Positions 55,470-64,000 of a stretch of 64,000 nucleotides of DNA are shown piece after piece; position 1 is the first letter of the stretch, and every line of letters begins with the position of its first letter. The notes below the pieces were generated by a model. The model was not told the DNA's origin. It was given only the letters and a program-made list of their open reading frames with translations, and searched no databases. Source of the stretch: Lingula anatina. Taxonomy: Eukaryota > Animalia > Brachiopoda. The translations under genes were made by a program, and so were the position numbers. The stretch spans positions 62,102,788 through 62,166,787 of the forward strand of contig CM120640.1 in NCBI GenBank assembly GCA_051362555.1, given 5' to 3'.

Positions 55470-58400
55470 ATGATATCCAAGACGTTGATCGTCGCTGTCG
55501 GTGCTTTGTTGATTGCGTACTTTTATGGAAGGCATATAAAGCACGACGAAATCAGTGATGCATCATCGGAGGCTGAAGAACTGGTCGCCGCTGCCTGGGA
55601 GGAGAGAATTATTGTCCCAGTCAAAAGATTTAAGAAGGTTGCCGTTGGGTCAGTAGATAAAATAACCAATTATGGCCAGTTCGCCACGATACAGCTAATT
55701 TTTTTTTATTTCTTAGGCTTTGAACTAAAATGTTCTATGCGGCATATATAACTGCAAGGATATTATTATAAAGAAACAGATTCTATTATTATTATTATTA
55801 TTATTATCAATATTATTATTATTAACAAAATGGCTAATCAGGTGAGTATATTATATGAACTTACTTAACAGTATCACGTGTAGAAGAAGGACATCTGCAT
55901 TTTCATAAGAAATATACTCTGTGGTCTGATTGATTGTTATTACTGCACTTTTGTTGTTCGTTATTTACTTAAAGTAAAATGTGGGCTGATAGTACATGTA
56001 CTTCTGATATATGAAGGTTCATCCTACATCAGGCACTGACCTTAAGAAGATAGTTTAAAAGCTGTTTAGAGGTCGCAAACTTGATAAGAATGTGTTAAGT
56101 CATCAGATTAAAACAACCTTATATTAGAACAAATATTTTGTCACATTTTATAAATTAATACTTTGCACTTAGCACCATTGTGCTGGTACTTGATGCATAC
56201 AAATTTAATTCAACATACCAGTAGAAGCGCTAGAGAAAAAAATTTATTTATGGTAAATATACTTAAATGTCATCATGTTATTTTCCAGTTTGAATGCCAA
56301 TGTGGATCTAATAGTTCGAGGCACTGAGCTGCTGCAGTCACTGGGTGTGACCCCTGGGGAGAAGAAGGACCACAGGACAGTGGGATCAATAGCAGACATG
56401 CAAGAGGCCTTCACTCACTACTTTTCCAAAGGAGCTGCAGCAGAGCGCCCCTTCACTGATGGACCCTTGTATAAAAATACTGTGGTCAAAGCTGCAGCTA
56501 CGCTGAAGTCTAGTGAGGTATGCTGCTTTAATTTTCATTTTTCAATAAGACGTACAGGTAGTCCAAACTAAGTTTTTCTTAATATTATATTTCTTGTTTA
56601 GTTTTGATATTTAGTTTTGCTTGTCCTTTTGTATTCTACTCATGAAACCAATGATATATATGTATGATATCAAGAATGTATTAACATTACATTATTAATT
56701 GTATAATAATAATAGTTAATTATAGTAATAACTTTAATTCATAAACATTAGATTGTATACTTAGTGATATTTTAATATAGGAGAGAATTATAGTTCAGCC
56801 AGCTAAACACAAAATAATTATTGTCTGTTTTGTGATTACTTTTAGTGGTTTATTGGTGGCAATGCTGCTCTGATTTCCCAAAAGATTACATCTATTTTCC
56901 CAGATACTCAGGTAATGAACACTTCCAAGTAAATCACATGAAAATTATATACATGTGCATATTGTTTATATAAGAAAATGTAACCTCGGTAATGCTGGAG
57001 GCTTTTTAAGCTAATCATAATTTTTGTCATAATGGTACAATTTGTCTCTGCCACACTTGGGATAACACCAATTAAATCTTGTCAATGTAGGTACAATTAG
57101 TAGGACCAGTGGGACCAAAACTAAAAGAGCTGCTGAACAAAACTATATATGTCCCAAAAGCCAGTTCCCATGAGCAGGATGAGGTCCATCTTATCATGGA
57201 GTACAAAAGGGGAGAGAAATGGGGAGCGTTTACTGCCCCTGTAGCCAACAGGTTTATCACGTCCTACGACATAGCCAATGGTCAAGCCACCATGATGGAC
57301 ACTTTCTTTGCTTCATTTGATGAGTTTAAGCCAGATTTAGTGGTGCTGTCTGGGCTGAACCAGTTGGAAGGACAGGGAGAGGAGTTCTGGAGCAAGAAGG
57401 TCTTCAATTTGGGAGTTGCTCTTAAGAAATTACCTGACAGTATTCCTGTACATTTAGAGCTGGCCAGTATGGCAGAGGAGAGATTTCTTAAACAGATTTT
57501 AGATGAGGTGGGTTCATTTTCAAGTATTTGCCAGGTGTTTTACCACCATTTTGAATACTTTCTTGACATATTAACGTCCAACATCCACCCATTTGCAATG
57601 CTGTCTAAATGTGTCCTCTCTGTCAGTTGAAATAAGATAACATAGGTTGTGGATAATACACTGATTAACAGTTCTCCCCCTAACTAAAACTGAGTAGCAT
57701 TTGGTTGATGTGGTCCAAAAGCCAGATCTGCTTTACTATATTTATGAGACCTACTAAATGTATTGGATAATGCTACCCTCTACCAGGGCGACTGAAAGAT
57801 TTTTCACAGATATTCACAGATATGTCTCTAGCTAGATAGATGGTCATTTTGGTCTGAAGTCTGACTTCAGACCAAAATGACCATCTATCTATCTAGCTAG
57901 AGACATATCTGTGAATATCTGTGAAAAATCTACCAGTCGCCCTGGTAGAGTGTAGGATAATGCTGGGTTAAACAGAGCACAGAAAATATGTGAGAGTGAC
58001 ACCAGACTGGCAGAGTAGTATTTTTTATAACATGTCACAGTAGATTTCCCTTCACTTTTGATTTTTTGTTTGTTTGTTTGTTTGTTTGTTTGTTTGTTTG
58101 TTTTTCACTTGTCTGATGTACTTTTTGTTTGCATGCCATCTTTGGGAACAGTTGAGGGATGCATGAAGTGGCACATGAATTAATAAAGTTTTAGTTTTTG
58201 CATTGGTAAAGCAGTCAAAGTTTCTCAGATTATTGACTATATTTCTTTATGATTCAACTCTTCTAATTGATTCTGTGCTACTTTGCTTTAAATATATGCA
58301 TCTATTCGAGTCATTGTATTTTTGTTTCTCCTCAAGTCACATTCCTAGTTAAGATATCTTTGCAATGCAGGTGCTGCCCTCTGTTAGCTCTGTTGGTTTC

Positions 58401-61400
58401 AATGAACAAGAACTGGGTTTTGTCAGTCACACAGGCGGTGGGCCTCACCCAGAGATTTGGCTTCGTCAGCCACAGTCTCAGCAGGATAAAGATGATGATG
58501 ATGAACAAGTGTGTTGCCTTGTACTAGATTGCTAGCCCTTAAAAGTAGTATTTACACTGGTGGTTTAATTGAATCGACACAGGTCTAATGGTGTTGTAGC
58601 TTGATATAGATGTTTACAAAACAAGTTGTCTTCAAATGAAATTTTACATTCTCAGGTATTGCAGTGAACTTTTTATGCTGCCATTTATTTGTTAACTGTG
58701 ATCAAGCTCTGTTCGATCTGAAACTGTTTGTGTAAATGCAACTTAGTGCTTGTGCTTTTAGAGAGGTATGGCAGGTCACCAATTAACATATCAATGAATA
58801 TGAACAGGGTTTCCACTAGATTTTGATCCTAAAAGTAATTTTAGACCGAACTAGCTAGCAAATGTATTAGAAAACTGGGGTAATTTCTATAAAAGTGAAT
58901 CACACAATCCAAGAGAATTGAATACGTATGATTTCTAAATTTACCTTTGATTCACTAAACATTGTGAATTAAGAATTTGCTTATCAATCCAAAATGGTAA
59001 AATTTTAAGTGATATAAGTAAACCTGACAATCAGACGTATTTAAGCAATGTTTACCATCATGCTAACTCAATGGGGATATGTATGTTTCATGCTATTTTG
59101 GCAAATGTGAATTTATGACCAAATATGGTTTAACCTTGGCAGTAGTGTTCTGGCATCTGTTTTGAAATCAAATGCCCATTAAGTATTTGAAAGTGAAACC
59201 ATTCTCTGAAAGATATGAAAGACTGTCTTTTTTTTTTTTTTTTTTTTTTTTTTGTGATGTAGCCACGATATTCTGTCTGAAAGGGTACCCATTTATGATA
59301 GAAGTTGATAGAAATATGGGTAATAAACATGGGAAAGATGAGGGTAGCTGATACATTAACTTATTAGTACCACCAGCTCATGGTTTTAGTCCCGACCCGT
59401 GTCGTACGGCTCTGTTGGCTCCGCCGGCTCCGTGTTACAAGTCACCGTTACCGCTTCTCCTCCTAGACCGTATGGACCCATGCTCCCATCTCTTGGATTT
59501 AGGTTACATATAATCTCAACTTAACCCCCTGTTTTTTTGGTCTCAGTCGGTGCATTGGCCTGGGCGTGACGCTCATGGAAATGCACCCTTGTCAAAATTT
59601 TTGAAAATTCAATGCCAAATATCTCCAAAACTGAAGGAATTATGGGAAAAATTACTATAGAAGTCTGACCGAAAGTCCTATGTAAAGATTCTAAATATGC
59701 CCTTGGATTTGACCTTTGACCTTTATTTCAAGGTCAAACAGGCCAAAATTGTCTAAAAATGGGAATTTTCTGCAAAAAAAATTTTTTTTGTGGCAATTTT
59801 CAGAAACTACACAGACTTAAGCTCTTATATTACAGTGGGGGGTTAAAATTGTGGACTCCTTTCATCTTTAGGAGTTTAGGGTCAATCAGTGCATTTTCAC
59901 GGGAGAAGCAGCTGTTAGTTAGATGCCAAAACTGAAAATCCTCTCTAATTCTGGAACTGTAAACAGTAGAGGCCTCTTGATTTTTGCATTATGTACAGCT
60001 TGTCAAGCATAATACTGAAGGTGGTACCTGTTTTTTTTTTTGTTTTGTTTTGTTTTTGTTTTCGATATGGTTTACGAGTTGTGCTATATGAAAAAGTACA
60101 TTACAATATTAAGTAGTGAAATAAAATGTGAAATACCCCAAAACTGGCAGAGATACGCCTATAGTTACTATTGACCTTGAATAGGAAGTAATATATTGGC
60201 AGTCAAACTGTGACCTTGAAATTGACCTTTGACCTACTTTTCGCTGTAAACTGAACCTTGCAAATTTTCTTTCCCTTTTATCTCAAGACCTAGCAGAGAT
60301 AAGCCCAAAGTTACTATTGACTTATGGCAGTCATATGCTGTTAATCCAACAGTGACCTTGAAATTGACCTTTGACATACGTTTTACCATAAACTGAACCT
60401 GAAAATGAATTTTCCTATGTAAACAACAATTTTCCCACACTTACCAATGGTTAATGAATCCATTTTTACGTTTAAAATTAGTCCCTGTTTTTTTTCTAAT
60501 TTTTTTTTTTTTTTTTTTTGTTATAATCTTTTAAGAGATTATAACAGAGTATAGCCATGAATGGAGGTCATGTGTTCTAAAGACAAGCTCAGTCAGATAT
60601 CAGAATAATAGCTATAACTGCTGTTTTTGTGGTAAAACAGAATATATTATATTTCTATGAGTTTTTCACAGTGTTTTTTACTGTGAAATATAGATCTTAT
60701 ATGAACAGTTATGATCCCTTTAAGCTGGTTTGTGTAGGTGGATTAAAGGCAACAAAGCTAAACCTGAAAATGAACTAACATTAAACATTGTTTCCATTAC
60801 AGTATGTAAACACCATAGATTCGAGGTGCTACATTTACAATCTTACTATAACCTTGAATTTTACCTTTCACTGTTCCCCACAATTTCTTTATAAATGATA
60901 ATTATGTACAAAGAAAGAAAAAAGAAAAGAAAAGAAAAAACCTTGTTTACTGCATTTCCTGCAGCTTGTCAACCACACCCATACAGGTGGGACCCCACTT
61001 TCTTTTTCTTTCCCACACAAATGTGCATGCCCCAGCTGGTGGTACTATACCAGGAGGTGGTATCGCCTCTCTGATCCTCTAGTTAAATGTTTGTTATAGT
61101 TTATAGTTTTATGAGTTTTTTAAGTACCAGTCTGCCTTTATGATAAGATTTGCATTTAAATTATCCTTTACCAGTGCCACAAGGAGAATTTTTCCACTCA
61201 ATATTTATAGATCTTTCTCAGGCTATTCTAAATAATCTGCAGCAAGATCATTCAAATCTGGGATAGCATAGAGATAACACTAGCATTCCAGTGGGAATAG
61301 ACTATAAGTTCTGTATGCGCATTAAAAGCTCCAGGTTGCATAAAATTTTCCAATCAAATTGTGACGATTTGTCTAAGCATGGGCATGTCAGCAGACCATG

Positions 61401-63038
61401 TGATGTATGATTTCTAACCGTGGAAGCGATGTTGCCTCTGGCTCATCATGGTTATAACAGCCATGGGGGTTGACAAAAGAGTGATCAGAGTGGCTTCTTG
61501 TGGTTATAAATCATGATTATAATCACATTGGGTCTGCAGGGTTGGTGCATACTAACTTCAGCCACCAATACCTTTCTGACCTGATGCTGTGTGCACAGCT
61601 GCAAAGGTTGAGTCCAAATGCCGACTTATTTTTGCTTGCATGCGCAAACTATGTGTGTAGGAGTGCACGATTCTGGTCCTCATATCCACATAAAGTCTGT
61701 ATATAAAAGCTTTGCTTGCAGCTGTGTCTGCCAAGTTGTGATATTTATTCATTATGAGCACAATGAGGATGTGAAGATAAGATTTGATTTTAAGTTGTTT
61801 TTATTTATTTATTTATTTTTGGTGGTGGTGGGGGAGATTATGTAAAATAATTTTGTCAAGTTGTTTCTCATGAGCTAAAGGATTGCAGGCCTTGATGTAA
61901 ATTTGTTTTCATAGTTCGTGAAGTATTCTTGTTGTGTAGAGTTTTTTCTTGCTAACCTGATACAGATAGAACAACCAGTGATAAAATGACTGAAAAAAAT
62001 TATTGCAGCAGTTAATATGACCTTTACATGCAAGGCAGTTCAATAGAGCCATCTGTAGTGTCCTCCTTAGTATGTGAACCTTTACTTACATGTAGTTTAG
62101 TACAGGTCATATATTTCCATGGTCTTGTTGGCACATAAGCAATCCTTAGTTCACCACACAGATCTGTTTTATTTACGTAATGCTTCACATGATATTGATT
62201 TATATTATGCTTGCGCTTTTAAAACTGTCCCTACCTGTATACTGCTTGAAAACCTTTCATTGTTGATAATAAAAAAGACAATGAACTTGATCTTTACTAA
62301 GTAAGCATTGAGTATTCTCTCTTGATAATATTTTGTTTTTATAAGCTATAAAATAGATTGCAGGTGTTTTGAAAATATGCAATCAGTATATGAAGATTAT
62401 TTGAATAACTTGATTATATGTACTTCACTTTGATTAGTTTTTTCATAATGTTACAATGTATTTTTCAGCTTGTCCCCAGTGTTTCTTCCTTGGGTTTGAA
62501 TGAACAAGAAATCAGTTTTGCATCAAAAGTAGGAGACGGTCCACACAAGGAATACTTTGACGAACATGAGAGTGGCAAGCAGCCCGAGATACACAAAATC
62601 AGTGACATGGTGCTGTGGATACTCCAGACCTATGGCTATTCAAAGTCCAGACCCGAGTCCAAACTGACCAGGGTCCACTTCCATTCGCTGACCTACCACA
62701 TTGTCGGTGTTGTGCCGAACGCTTGGGGTAACACAGCCTCGGCTGTTGCAGCAGGAACGCGAGCTGCTGGGCAGCAGGCCTGCGATACTGAAGACCTGGA
62801 CTCAGTGAATGCAGATCTTCGAATCCCACTGGAATTCAAACTGACCAGCAGCAGTGATGAAAAGTCATTTGATCCATCAGAACCTTCATCTGTTTGGAAA
62901 AGGGAAGGCTATAAATTTGCTTTCAGTCCTGTATTAGTGTGTAAAAACCCTCTGAAGACAGTAGGTCTAGGGGATGCAATCTCTGCCACAGGGCTGTTAT
63001 ATTCAGAATATAATGCTGATTTTAGAAGCAAAAGTTGA
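55470..63038 (+). CDS. ADPGK: ADP-dependent glucokinase, 5 constitutive coding exons, about 486 aa
   Basis: Exons 55470-55648 (signal/anchor, AAAWE, VAVG), 56289-56517 (LNANVDL, KGAAAER), 56846-56911 (FIGGNAAL), 57091-57507 (DEVHLIMEY, ANRFI, PDLVVLSG, HLELAS) and 62469-63038 (SLGLNEQE, TRVHFHSLTYH, PVLVCKNPLKTVGLGDAISA). GT-AG phases are consistent; total 1461 nt. Confidence 0.95.
57774..57954. mobile_element. Near-perfect palindromic (hairpin) MITE with 9-bp TSD GGATAATGC
   Basis: Arms of about 88 bp are reverse complements around ...ctgaagtc t gacttcag.... Identical GGATAATGC at 57765-57773 and 57955-57963. Confidence 0.88.
58068..58102. repeat. (GTTT)n microsatellite
   Basis: Direct reading. 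Confidence 0.92.
58371..58535 (+). CDS. ADPGK: Paralogous alternative exon of ADPGK (duplicate of the start of the last exon)
   Basis: After acceptor tgcaatgcag, phase 0: VLPSVSSVGFNEQELGFVSHTGGGPHPEIWLRQPQSQQDKDDDDEQ|VCCLVLDC*, homologous to LVPSVSSLGLNEQEISFASKVGDGPH at 62469. Possible donor CAA|GTGTGT at 58508/58509; stop at 58533-58535. Confidence 0.75.
   Translation: MLPSVSSVGFNEQELGFVSHTGGGPHPEIWLRQPQSQQDKDDDDEQVCCLVLDC
59361..61084 (+). mobile_element. Helentron-associated non-autonomous element (HINE-like) in ADPGK intron
   Basis: Subterminal IRs TAGTACCACCAGCT (59365-59378) and AGCTGGTGGTACTA (61034-61047). These are followed by a short 3' stem-loop (gaggtg...cgcctc) and a CTAGTT end. 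Internal tandem units of about 148 bp are rich in TGACCTTTGACC. Confidence 0.7.
60401..60719. mobile_element. 5'-truncated copy of the Kolobok-like MITE at 14713-15043, nested in the HINE
   Basis: Colinear similarity to 14740-15043 (aaaatgaattttcct...aatgaatccatt...ttagtccctg...ttaagagattat...atggagg...ggtaaaa.agaat). Ends ATCCCT|TTAA. Confidence 0.7.
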
Positions 63039-64000
63039 TTAAGGTTGATTTATGATAGCATAATTTTAACGTGAAAAGGTTTGTTACTGTGATCTTTTTT
63101 TAAAATTATTACTTGGCAACGTTTCTTAATTATGTACAAAGACCATGACTAAAATTTCTTGATTTTCTATGGTTGGTTAATCAAAGTTGAAAAAAATTGA
63201 TTTGAACAGTTTTGTAGAAATGAATATTTATAATTGGATGGGAGTGCTTTTGAAGATAAATGAAGAAGAAAATCAAAGCTTTTTTCTTTTTGGCATTTTT
63301 TTTCTGTTCTATTTAAGAAAACTCATTGTCATTTATCATCATGTGAACCAGTCTTTAAAATAGAAGAATGTTCAGGTGTCAGGTTTTCACGTATGCTACT
63401 GTCACTCATTCCATGTTTTTCTCATGCTCCCCATTCATTCATTCATTATTTTAAGGTGCATCACTGAAATCATTGAATATTTCTTTAGGTATGTTTTATA
63501 CCTCACATCAGATATATTAGAAAGTATTAATGTGTCATTAACATTTCTATGTACAGGCAATGGATTTATGGACATATTGATAGTTTTTTTTTCTGTGATC
63601 TTCAATGAGTGCTTCAAAGTAAAGATGTTATCCTTTAATCTCTTAAAAATTCATGGAAGAAATTGTAAGGACTCCATAGGACATTTTAACCCTCTGGTGT
63701 ATGGTTGTCTAGTGTAGTTCCCACGTGTTTGAAATGATTGTCTAACGGAAGATAATGTCAAATTATATCAGTAAGTTTTCCAATAATTTCAGGAATGAAC
63801 AGGTATTCTATGCACTTGTTACTTTATCTCAAGATTTATTTAACCAGAAACTGTTGTTCTATTGTTTTGTCGCAAATAGTACATTCCTAGTATTAAACAC
63901 ACATTGCATAAATATTGCATGTCTTTTTGTGTATAAATAGTATTATAATATGTGGTATTATTAAGTATTATCTAGATTGCATTACCAGACTTTATAAATG

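Noticed and set aside
61170-61845. Possible continuation exons for the ADPGK alternative exon
   Set aside because: No frame encodes ADPGK C-terminal motifs (TRxHFH, PVLVC, GLGD).

Overview
AT-rich, intron-containing animal genomic DNA; the repeat types and CpG mosaic suggest a marine invertebrate, probably a mollusc or other lophotrochozoan (inference). Four spliced protein-coding genes were reconstructed by hand from GT-AG sites and reading frames. (1) The 3' part of a bubblegum-family long-chain acyl-CoA synthetase (ACSBG-like, +, 899-6458). (2) A two-exon class A neuropeptide GPCR of the orexin/allatotropin-NPFF-QRFP neighbourhood (+, 21175-26636). (3) Metaxin-1/3-like (-, 41887-55168, 8 exons). 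(4) ADP-dependent glucokinase (+, 55470-63038), head-to-head with metaxin across about 300 bp. The rest is intergenic or intronic DNA with non-autonomous DNA transposons: a 4.6-kb Academ-like foldback element, a Helentron/HINE-like element, Kolobok-, Harbinger- and hAT-like MITEs and a near-perfect hairpin MITE. An RTE-like LINE remnant and microsatellites are also present. The two most notable observations are a diverged paralogous alternative exon inside ADPGK and an in-frame 63-bp tandem duplication of an AG|GT splice junction in ACSBG. No prokaryote-type systems are present, and most ORFs in the track are spurious.
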